From assembly GCF_000253055.1 (NCBI RefSeq), contig NC_016070.1, forward strand, positions 660,001-692,000: 32,000 bases of DNA, read 5' to 3'. Below are positions 25,234 to 32,000 of the stretch, in pieces (position 1 is the stretch's first letter; each line of letters starts with the position of its first letter). The stretch is from Thermoproteus tenax Kra 1 (GTDB lineage Archaea; Thermoproteota; Thermoprotei; Thermoproteales; Thermoproteaceae). A model generated the notes under the pieces. It was not told the origin of the DNA. It ran no database searches and saw only the letters and a program-made list of their open reading frames with translations. The translations under genes and the position numbers were made by a program.

Positions 25234-26937
25234 CTAGTAGTCGACTTGCAACGGCTCCGGCGTCGTCACAGCGCCTTTATCCGCCTGCGAGACCAGAGAT
25301 GCGTACTTGGCTAAGAGCCCGCCGACATAGTTAGGCTTAGGCGGCAACCACCCCTTTCTGCGGCGTTCTAGCTCCTCCTCAGCTATATCAAGCTTGAGGA
25401 TCCCCGCATCTCCATCTATGATTATTCTATCCCCATCCTCAACCAGAGCTATTGGCCCTCCCACGGCGGCCTCTGGCGCCACGTGGCCCACCATTATGCC
25501 CCTCGTGGCGCCGGAAAATCTTCCATCTGTTACTAGAGCCACCGAATCGCCGAGACCTGCGCCCACGATGGCCGCGGTGACCTTCAACATCTCTGGCATG
25601 CCGGGAGCCCCCTTAGGTCCCTCGTATCTTATGACGACCACCTGGCCTGGCTTGATTTCGCCGTTGTAGACGGCCTTAAACGCCTCAGCCTCTCCGTTGA
25701 AGACAATGGCTTTACCCTCGAACTTCAATACGTCAGATGCGCCTATCTTCATCACTGCGCCGTTAGGGGCCAGATTGCCCCAGAGTATCCTAATCCCGCT
25801 ATGTGCTTTGTACGGCTTATCCAACTCGAATAGAATGCCCGTCTCGGGCACTGTTGGCGGTTGCCATTTTTCCAGTAGTTTCCCTAGCGTCTCTCCGTGC
25901 ACTGTCAAAACATCCCCCCTGAGGAGGCCGGCCTTGTATAGCTTTTTGAGCAAGCGCGGGACTCCGCCTATTCTGTCGAGGTCTTGCATAGCGTAGGGTC
26001 CGGCTGGTCTAAGAGCGGCTATTACAGGCACCCTTCTGCTTATCTCGTCGAAGTCCTTCAATGTGAACTTGACGCCAGCCTCGTGAGCTATCGCCAATAA
26101 GTGGAGGATCGCGTTAGTGGAACCTGCCGTCGCGAACAGAGTCACTGCCGCGTTATAAATAGCGTCGTAGGTCACTATATGTCGGGGCCTAATGCCGAGT
26201 TCGGCTATCTTCAGTAGAGCGCGACCAGACTCAACAGCGTAGGCTCTCCTGCGGCCAGTTGTCGCCGGGGGCGATGCAGAGCCCAACAGAGATAGGCCCA
26301 AGGCCTCGCCCAACATGGCCATCGTGTTGGCCGTGAAGAGACCCTGACAGGTCCCATAGGTCGGAAAGACTGAATACTCATAGCGTTTTAGATCCTCCTC
26401 AGTGATCTTGCCGGCGGCGTAAGCCCCGACTGCTTCAAACGCGTCTTCAACCGTCAGCTCGCGGTCGCCCAGCCATCCGGCCTCTGCCGATCCGCCATAG
26501 AGATATACGGCGGGTATGTTTAGCCGCACCATCGCCATCATGATGCCCGGCTGCGTCTTGTCGCATCCCCCTATTCCGACCCAACCGTCAACGCCGTGTG
26601 AGTTTATCTGAGCCTCGATGGAGTCCGCTATCAAGTCTCTGCTGATGAGGGAGTAGCGCATGCCCGGTGTGCCCATGTTGATGCCGTCGTTAACTACGAT
26701 AGTCGGCGCAGTCAGAGCTACTCCTCCTGCCTCCTTTACGCCCTCCTTAACGTATTTGGCGATCTCTAAGGTGTGATAGTTGCAAGGCCCTAGCTCGCTC
26801 CATGCGGCTACTACGGCCATCAGAGGCTTTGCAAAGTCTTCGTCTGAGAATCCTATGGCCCTTAGATATGATCTATGAGAGACGTTGTCGAGACCCTCGT
26901 ACCACTTAGGCGATCTGATCTTGATCTTTACGGACAT
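25234..26937 (-). CDS. ilvD: IlvD/Edd-family dehydratase (dihydroxy-acid dehydratase-like)
   Basis: [20 protein letters not shown] (cluster-binding Cys), [15 protein letters not shown] (TATATAAG) about 20-27 nt upstream of ATG 26937. Confidence 0.88.
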   Translation of the reverse strand: MSVKIKIRSPKWYEGLDNVSHRSYLRAIGFSDEDFAKPLMAVVAAWSELGPCNYHTLEIAKYVKEGVKEAGGVALTAPTIVVNDGINMGTPGMRYSLISRDLIADSIEAQINSHGVDGWVGIGGCDKTQPGIMMAMVRLNIPAVYLYGGSAEAGWLGDRELTVEDAFEAVGAYAAGKITEEDLKRYEYSVFPTYGTCQGLFTANTMAMLGEALGLSLLGSASPPATTGRRRAYAVESGRALLKIAELGIRPRHIVTYDAIYNAAVTLFATAGSTNAILHLLAIAHEAGVKFTLKDFDEISRRVPVIAALRPAGPYAMQDLDRIGGVPRLLKKLYKAGLLRGDVLTVHGETLGKLLEKWQPPTVPETGILFELDKPYKAHSGIRILWGNLAPNGAVMKIGASDVLKFEGKAIVFNGEAEAFKAVYNGEIKPGQVVVIRYEGPKGAPGMPEMLKVTAAIVGAGLGDSVALVTDGRFSGATRGIMVGHVAPEAAVGGPIALVEDGDRIIIDGDAGILKLDIAEEELERRRKGWLPPKPNYVGGLLAKYASLVSQADKGAVTTPEPLQVDY

Positions 26938-27012
26938 AACGAGAGTTAATAGCTTGCTTATATATTGTAGTTTTGAAGTACGCCCCCTTAGCGGCGCCCG
27001 GCCCTAAAGGGC

Positions 27013-27023
27013 GGGGCTTCCTC
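27013..27023 (+). repeat. 11-nt direct repeat copy 1 (GGGGCTTCCTC)
   Basis: Exact copy of 27223-27233, 210 nt away. Both lie inside the GC-rich island. Confidence 0.8.
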
Positions 27024-27222
27024 CGCGCCTGCGCCTTCACCGATAGCCCGGCTGCCTCCGGCACAGGGTCATCGGGCATGGAGTCGAATGGGGGGCGGGC
27101 TGGAGGCTACAAAACGGACGTGCGGACGCCGCGTTCCGGCGTGCCTGGAGCAGGCCCTTGAGTCCTCCTGCGAGGAGTCGAGAGAAAATGAGGGATAAGC
27201 GCTTGCGTCCATCGAACATCTA

Positions 27223-27233
27223 GGGGCTTCCTC
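27223..27233 (+). repeat. 11-nt direct repeat copy 2 (GGGGCTTCCTC)
   Basis: Exact copy of 27013-27023. Confidence 0.8.
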
Positions 27234-27263
27234 AGTATTGGACTTATATAACTCGATATAGGC

Positions 27264-27692
27264 CTACTTTACGATAGTAGGCGCCGGCAAGCGCGGATCT
27301 ATTTCAAGGACCTTGTCACCGTAGCCGCATATCGAAGTGTCGTTTAGCGGCCTTGCTAGGACGCTCTTAGTCACCCTTGTGCCGGACACCCAGACTATCC
27401 TCAGAGGTATATACGTGTCGTGCATCCAGAAACACCATGTCGAATTCTCCCCGAAGAGGAAGACCATGCCTACGGCGCCAACGCCCCTCGGATCATAGCT
27501 GGTCGTGTTCATATACCCTCTCCTCTGCTTAGCAGGAGTGTCGGCTACATAAAATATGTAGGGGACCCCGTTGAGAGTCATCGTGGTGGTCTCCGCGAAG
27601 GGATTGTCCGAGCTCCGGCTCGTGAGCAGCGATGGTAAAGCAAGTAGGGCAAGGGCTATTAGAAGCACTATTATGTAAGTTCTAAACCGCAT
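27264..27692 (-). CDS. DUF192 (UPF0127/COG1430) family protein with N-terminal signal/anchor
   Basis: YVADTPAKQRRGYM...GMVFLFGENSTWCFWMHDTYIPLRIVW...KVLEI matches the DUF192 pattern (A.T..R.RG.M / GM.F / FWM..T.IPL / VLE). Confidence 0.75.
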   Translation of the reverse strand: MRFRTYIIVLLIALALLALPSLLTSRSSDNPFAETTTMTLNGVPYIFYVADTPAKQRRGYMNTTSYDPRGVGAVGMVFLFGENSTWCFWMHDTYIPLRIVWVSGTRVTKSVLARPLNDTSICGYGDKVLEIDPRLPAPTIVK

Positions 27693-28449
27693 GAGTTAGG
27701 TAGTCTATCCTGCCGCCGTCTACGACTAACAGCTGCCCCGTGATCATCCTGGCTTCCTCGGACGCCAAAAAGGCGACAGCCCTAGCTATGTCCTCGGGAG
27801 TCGCAAGCGATCTGAGCGCCGTCCTGTTTATGATGTCGGCCTTGGCCCTCTCCACCTCTTCGCGGCTCCTTCCTCTAGTGGTCAAGTCAGTCTCGATCCA
27901 GCTGGGGGCCACTGCGTTGACTCGTATGCCATATGGCGCCAGATCGTAGGCCAAGCGTTTCGTGAGCGCTATCACTGCCGCCTTGGTTATCGCATAAAAG
28001 GTAGTGTTTAATAACGCGGTTCCCAACCCGGCTATCGATGCTATGTTCACCACCGAGCCCTTTGACTTTTTGAGATAGGGCAGAGACTCGAGAGTCACAT
28101 ATATAGGCCCCTTGACATTGATAGCCCACATTCTATCGAACTTATATTCGTCATATTGCTCGAAGGGCATCAACTCCATAACTCCAGCGTTGTTTACCGC
28201 GATATCGATGCCTCCAAATGTTCTAGCTACTTCCTCGACCATTCTACGCACTTCCTCCCGCTTGGACACATCGGCCTTGAATATCTCTGCCCTTGAGCCG
28301 AGCTCCCTCTTTAGCGTCTCGGCGCCCTCACGCGAGGAATTATAGTTTATAGCGACATAGGCCCCCCTTCTACTGAGCTCTCTGGCTATAGCAGCGCCGA
28401 TACCCCGCGAGGCTCCCGTCACTAGGGCGACCTTTCCATCGAGGCTCAT
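27682..28449 (-). CDS. Short-chain dehydrogenase/reductase (FabG-like)
   Basis: MSLDGKVALVTGASRGIGAAIA, NNAG, catalytic YAITKAAV. The track ORF extension to 28704 is antisense to the MFS gene, so I take ATG 28449. Confidence 0.88.
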   Translation of the reverse strand: MSLDGKVALVTGASRGIGAAIARELSRRGAYVAINYNSSREGAETLKRELGSRAEIFKADVSKREEVRRMVEEVARTFGGIDIAVNNAGVMELMPFEQYDEYKFDRMWAINVKGPIYVTLESLPYLKKSKGSVVNIASIAGLGTALLNTTFYAITKAAVIALTKRLAYDLAPYGIRVNAVAPSWIETDLTTRGRSREEVERAKADIINRTALRSLATPEDIARAVAFLASEEARMITGQLLVVDGGRIDYLTHAV

Positions 28450-28479
28450 TATCTTAATGCTTATTTCGACTTTAAAACT
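28450..28479. promoter_or_regulatory. 30-nt A/T-rich spacer between divergent SDR and MFS start codons
   Basis: TATCTTAATGCTTATTTCGACTTTAAAACT. Each A/T box lies next to the opposite gene's ATG and about 25 nt from its own. Confidence 0.4.
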
Positions 28480-29772
28480 ATGGGGAGGAAATACCTTTTG
28501 GCGGCGGTCTCCACTATGTTGGTCTGGGGCCTTGAGTACTATGATATAATCATTTACGCCAGCTTGGCGCAAATATTCAGCTCCTTGTTCTTTCCGACAC
28601 AGTCGCAGCTCATGTCGGCGGTGGCCACGTGGGGAGCCTTTGCTACGACCTATGTGGTCAGGCCTCTGGGAGCCGTGCTCTTCGGCCATATAGGGGATAG
28701 ACATGGTAGAAGGACGGCTACTATATTAGACTCGGCCCTGGTGGGTCTGGCGGGCCTAGGCATTGGCGTGCTACCCACATACTCTACGATAGGTCTCGCC
28801 GCGCCTGTTATGCTCTATTTACTCAGGTCGCTACAGGGATTGGGGATTGGCGGTGAGGCGGGAGGCGGGGCTGTGTGGGCCCTAGAGCAGACGCCAGAGA
28901 AGTGGAGACCCTACGTCAACGGGCTGATGTACTCCGGTCTCTCGTGGGCAGTCTTCCTGGCCTCGGCTCTGACGTTGTGGATCAAGGAGCTATTCGGCGC
29001 CATGTTCGTCGAGATTGGCTGGCGGTTTCTTTACGTCATCGGCTTAGCCCCCGCCCTTTTGGCGCTACTGATAAGGATCGGCGGCGTTGAGAGCCCGGAG
29101 TGGCTTGAACGCGCCAGTTCTGGGAAAATACCTAAGATTCCGTTAACTGCAATAAAGAATTATTGGTATAATTTATTAATATTAATTTTAATAAATCTTG
29201 GTTTAACTTTGTATTACTATGGAGGCTCTGGCTACTGGGCCTATCTGTTGCCCAAGGTGATAGCTCCTAAACTCGGCCTCAGTACAGACGAGGCCTACAC
29301 CTTTTCTCTCGAGCTTTCCATGTACGGAGCTATCGGGGCCGTCGTAGGCGAGCTGCTTAGCGGAGCTTCGGTGGGCCTTTTCGGGCTGAGGCGCTCCTTC
29401 GTGTTGCCGTCTGCAGGCCTCCTCATCATAGCCCCCATAGCTACATACTATGCCTTCGCCCAAAGCCCGGCGGCCGCTCCTCTGTCCTTTACCATGGGCC
29501 TCCTCTTTGGCCTCGCCGCAGCTCCTCAGACTCTATACTTCGCTGAGCTGTTTCCGGTCGAGGTGAGGTGGACGGCGGTATCTCTGGGGTGGAACATCAA
29601 TGCCGTTGTGGGGCCGCTCGGGGCCTTGGCGACGTTGTTCCTCGTGTCGGTCTCGCCTCAGTCGCTGTTCAGCTTGACGTTGAGCGGATCGCTCGTAGGT
29701 ATTATAAGCGCTCTGGCCGTGATCGCGGGAGCGTCGCTGGAGCCAAGAGCTTTTAAACGTGGTGCTCCATAG
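28480..29772 (+). CDS. MFS transporter (metabolite:H+ symporter / ProP-like)
   Basis: 12-TM-like profile. Loop 2-3 motif GHIGDRHGRR. Confidence 0.85.
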   Translation: MGRKYLLAAVSTMLVWGLEYYDIIIYASLAQIFSSLFFPTQSQLMSAVATWGAFATTYVVRPLGAVLFGHIGDRHGRRTATILDSALVGLAGLGIGVLPTYSTIGLAAPVMLYLLRSLQGLGIGGEAGGGAVWALEQTPEKWRPYVNGLMYSGLSWAVFLASALTLWIKELFGAMFVEIGWRFLYVIGLAPALLALLIRIGGVESPEWLERASSGKIPKIPLTAIKNYWYNLLILILINLGLTLYYYGGSGYWAYLLPKVIAPKLGLSTDEAYTFSLELSMYGAIGAVVGELLSGASVGLFGLRRSFVLPSAGLLIIAPIATYYAFAQSPAAAPLSFTMGLLFGLAAAPQTLYFAELFPVEVRWTAVSLGWNINAVVGPLGALATLFLVSVSPQSLFSLTLSGSLVGIISALAVIAGASLEPRAFKRGAP

Positions 29773-29777
29773 ATTAA

Positions 29778-31124
29778 GTGAGAGAGGTTAAGAGGAAGTT
29801 CGGAGAGAGGTTCGTCGACGATCCAGCGCTCCTTTCTCTGTACTCCAGAGAGGCCTCCTTTGAGGAGCCGGCGGCTGGCCCGCTCGGCATAGTCTACCCC
29901 GTCAATGAAGAAGAGGTGGCATGGCTAGTTAAATGGGCCTACGAGAACGACATTACTCTGTACTCGCAGGGCTCTGCCACCAGTCTCTCGGGGAATACGA
30001 TACTGACTAAGCCAGGCTTGATCGTGAGCTTCGAGAAGATGGCCAATATAGTTGAGGTAAACCCGACCGATTCCTATACAGTGGTCCAGCCCGGGATCAG
30101 GATTGAGGAGCTCAACGTCGAATTGGCCAGATACGGTGTCTTCTTCCCGGTGGACCCCGGGTCCGTCAGATCGGCCACAATAGGGGGCGCCATAGCTAAT
30201 GGAGCCGGAGGCATGAGGGGGGCTAAATACGGCTCCATGCGGGACTGGGTCCTCGGAGTCAACGTAGTGACAGGTAGGGGCGATCTGCTCAAGCTGGGTT
30301 GCCGGACATTAAAGTGTAGAAACGGCTATGACTTAGTGAGGCTGATCGTGGGGAGCGAGGGCACCCTTGGCCTGGTCACGCAGGCCGTTTTGAGGGTCGC
30401 CCCTCTGCCTGAGTCGGCGGTGGCCGTGAGAGTGTATTACAACGATATCTCGTCGCTTGTGGAGGACGTCGTGAGGATAAAATCGGCGAGGATTTGGCCT
30501 CTGTTCGCCGAGTTTATGGGGCCTGCCGAGTCTGAGGAAGTCGGACTTAATAGAGCGTATACCCTCTTCGTCGGCGTAGACGTGAATAGGGGGGCTGAGG
30601 GGGGCATATTGGCTAGGCTGAAGTCTGCTCTCACAGGCCATATAGCGGATGAGGCGATAGGAATCGAGGAAGCCATGAGGCTCTTGGAGCCCAGAAGAAG
30701 GCTTTTCAGCGCTCAGGTATCCATCATGAGAAGACAGCTAGGGGATCAAGGCGTCCTCGTGATAGAGGATGTGGTTGTGCCGGTCTCGAAACTGCCAGAG
30801 GCCGTTAGGAGGATCGCCGAACTTGCACAAAAGTTAGAGGTGCCTCTATCTATCGGAGGCCATGTAGGTGATGGCAATCTCCATCCGACCACTTGGTTCA
30901 AGAGGGGCGATCTAGAGGGGGCAAAGAGAGCCAGGAGATTCATAGAGGGGCTCGGCAAAATTGCCGTCGAGCTCGGAGGAAGCGTCAGCGCAGAACACGG
31001 TATAGGCACTCTGAAGAGGGAGCTTCTGAGGCTTGAGCTGGAGCCCGCCGTCTTGGAGTATATGAGATCGCTGAAGGCGGTGTTCGACCCCAAGGGCATC
31101 CTAAACCCTGGGAAGATAATATAA
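29778..31124 (+). CDS. FAD-linked oxidase (GlcD / D-lactate dehydrogenase family)
   Basis: PCMH-type FAD-binding domain (YSQGSATSLSGN, GGAIANGAGGMRGAKYG) and a C-terminal FAD-oxidase domain (SAEHGIGTLK, DPKGILNPGK). Confidence 0.85.
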   Translation: MREVKRKFGERFVDDPALLSLYSREASFEEPAAGPLGIVYPVNEEEVAWLVKWAYENDITLYSQGSATSLSGNTILTKPGLIVSFEKMANIVEVNPTDSYTVVQPGIRIEELNVELARYGVFFPVDPGSVRSATIGGAIANGAGGMRGAKYGSMRDWVLGVNVVTGRGDLLKLGCRTLKCRNGYDLVRLIVGSEGTLGLVTQAVLRVAPLPESAVAVRVYYNDISSLVEDVVRIKSARIWPLFAEFMGPAESEEVGLNRAYTLFVGVDVNRGAEGGILARLKSALTGHIADEAIGIEEAMRLLEPRRRLFSAQVSIMRRQLGDQGVLVIEDVVVPVSKLPEAVRRIAELAQKLEVPLSIGGHVGDGNLHPTTWFKRGDLEGAKRARRFIEGLGKIAVELGGSVSAEHGIGTLKRELLRLELEPAVLEYMRSLKAVFDPKGILNPGKII

Positions 31125-32000
31125 TGGAGCGGTGGCAAGACCTCTTCGGGCGGGCCGCCCTCGGCGCTTTGACTAGGTCCGATTCGTATATACAGGGCTT
31201 TGAGTACATCAAGCTATTGGCCGAGAGGGTAAGAGAGGCGAGGCTGGAGGTTCTCCGTAATCTCGAGTACTACATAGACAAAACACTAAAGGCGGTAGAG
31301 AATCTAGGAGGCCACTCCTATGTCGCAAAGGACGCAGAAGAGGCCAGGAGGATCGTCGGAGATATAGTGGGCAAAGGCAAAGTGGTCGTCTTCGGCAAGT
31401 CTAACACGGCGCTTGAGGTCGGACTGAGAGAACATCTGGCGAAGTTAGGCAATGAAGTCTGGGAGACAGATCTAGGGGAGTTCATAGTACAGATAGGGGA
31501 GGACAAACCCTCCAATATGATAGCGCCCGCTCTACACCTAGACAGAAAAGACGTGGCGAGACTGTTTAAAGAGAGACTAAACTTGGATCTACCCGACGAT
31601 CCCTCTGCCTTAGCTTCAGCTGCCGGCGAATTCCTCAGACAGAAGTTCGTAAGGGCCGACGTAGGCGTGACCGGCGCCAACGCGATAGCGGCCGACACAG
31701 GCGCTGTAGTCAACGTAGAAAACGAGGGCAATATACGCAAGGCCACCATCCTACCCCCCGTCCACATAGTGGTGGCCGGCGTGGAGAAGATAGTCCCAAC
31801 TCTTCCGGACGCTATAAACCAGGCGATAGTCCAAGCGGCATATCACGGGCTTTATCCGCCGACGTATATAGAGATCTCGGCTGGTCCGTCGTCTACAGGC
31901 GATATAGAGTTGGTGCGCGTTAGACCGGCCCAAGGGCCAAGGGAGTTCCACCTGGTCCTCGTAGACAACGGGAGGAGGAAAGCCGCCGAGGATCCGGTCC
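31124..32000 (+). CDS. LUD-domain (LutB-like) lactate-utilisation Fe-S protein, N-terminal part; continues past window edge
   Basis: My translation from ATG 31124 (TAATG overlap with the upstream stop) is open to the window end: MERWQDLFGR...VGVTGANAIAADTGAVVNVENEGNIRKATILPPVHIVVAGVEKIVPTLPDA... Not in the track because no stop lies in the window. Confidence 0.75.
   Translation, partial: MERWQDLFGRAALGALTRSDSYIQGFEYIKLLAERVREARLEVLRNLEYYIDKTLKAVENLGGHSYVAKDAEEARRIVGDIVGKGKVVVFGKSNTALEVGLREHLAKLGNEVWETDLGEFIVQIGEDKPSNMIAPALHLDRKDVARLFKERLNLDLPDDPSALASAAGEFLRQKFVRADVGVTGANAIAADTGAVVNVENEGNIRKATILPPVHIVVAGVEKIVPTLPDAINQAIVQAAYHGLYPPTYIEISAGPSSTGDIELVRVRPAQGPREFHLVLVDNGRRKAAEDPV

Larger units (their letters stand above)
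26981..27236. ncRNA. Candidate structured non-coding RNA; class and strand unresolved
   Basis: ORF-free island. My hand count gives 143 G+C in 26981-27180 (about 71%) against about 27% in the 40 nt upstream. TATA-like boxes flank it on both sides. Ends are complementary (GCCCCCUUAG / CUAGGGGC). Several local hairpins, e.g. ACGCCG-n5-CGGCGU at about 27125-27141. Confidence 0.45.

Noticed and set aside
26973-27219. Track ORFs 26973..27161 (+, 62 aa) and 27037..27219 (-, 60 aa)
   Set aside because: They are Gly/Ala/Pro/Arg-rich translations of a GC-rich block, with no start context or family resemblance. They are mutually overlapping products of composition.
26981-27236. Assigning the GC-rich island to a specific RNA family (RNase P RNA, SRP RNA, 5S rRNA, intron-containing tRNA)
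   Set aside because: The CR-I-like GAGGAAGCCCC and the CR-IV/CR-V-like CUAGAUG...GCUUAUC occur on the minus strand, but in an order incompatible with a canonical RNase P RNA, and I could not form a P4 helix. A GGAGCAGG word resembles SRP helix 8, but there is no nearby GNAR tetraloop or partner strand. No 5S loop motifs or tRNA T-arm are present. An even better CR-I look-alike (GAGGAUAGUCUGGG, about 27406-27393, minus strand) lies inside the clearly real DUF192 CDS, which shows that such short-motif matches arise by chance. The class is left open.
27200-27294. 8-bp inverted repeat GCGCTTGC (27200-27207) / GCAAGCGC (27287-27294) linking the island to the DUF192 3' end
   Set aside because: The core AGCGCT is self-palindromic, and an 8-bp match within about 300 nt is roughly expected by chance. 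One arm lies in coding sequence.
28450-28704. N-terminal 85-aa extension of the SDR ORF (to 28704)
   Set aside because: It is antisense to the MFS transporter's first TM segments. The canonical SDR N-terminus (MSLDGKVALVTGASRGIG) starts at ATG 28449.
1-32000. CRISPR arrays, transposases or integrases, prophage genes, tRNA/rRNA genes, toxin-antitoxin or other recognisable defence operons
   Set aside because: I found no spaced direct-repeat arrays, no recombinase- or transposase-like ORFs, no terminal inverted repeats bounding a gene set and no tRNA-like cloverleaf signatures in the spacers. Absence is based on reading by eye only.

Overview
Mostly housekeeping chromosomal window, probably from a hyperthermophilic crenarchaeon (Thermoproteales-like). 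That placement is an inference from roughly 55-60% GC coding sequence, A/T-rich TATA blocks about 20-30 nt upstream of start codons (leaderless-type starts), frequent 4-nt start/stop overlaps and dispersed A-type ATPase genes. I call about 36 protein genes. They include: a MacB-type ABC pair divergent from a large MMPL/RND membrane protein; a HAD hydrolase; an HcnB/OoxA-like flavoprotein; a small accessory-looking block with an Mrr-like PD-(D/E)xK nuclease and membrane proteins; a stomatin-NfeD operon; A-ATPase stalk and rotor genes (atpD, atpK, atpC, atpH) without the catalytic subunits; a KaiC-like ATPase with tmk; a nearly complete histidine cluster (hisH-G-C, hisI, hisE-D-F, hisB-A); guaA; an ArsB/NhaD-type permease; glycerate 2-kinase coupled to an IlvD/Edd dehydratase; DUF192; and an SDR / MFS / GlcD-like oxidase / LutB-like cluster. 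I recognised no CRISPR array, transposase, integrase, tRNA or rRNA. Signals the ORF track does not explain: (1) an ORF-free island of about 250 nt and about 70% GC at 26981-27236, with complementary ends and an 11-nt direct repeat, likely a structured RNA of unresolved class; (2) three intergenic candidates with complete C/D-box sRNA architecture, each with a TATA-like box about 25 nt upstream; (3) small ORFs below the track threshold, namely a 50-aa coiled-coil ORF upstream of atpK and a small TM ORF after nfeD; (4) 70-90-nt in-frame islands of 14-17% GC inside several membrane and ATPase genes. I see no convincing new multi-gene system. Hand-derived coordinates may be off by 1-2 nt.
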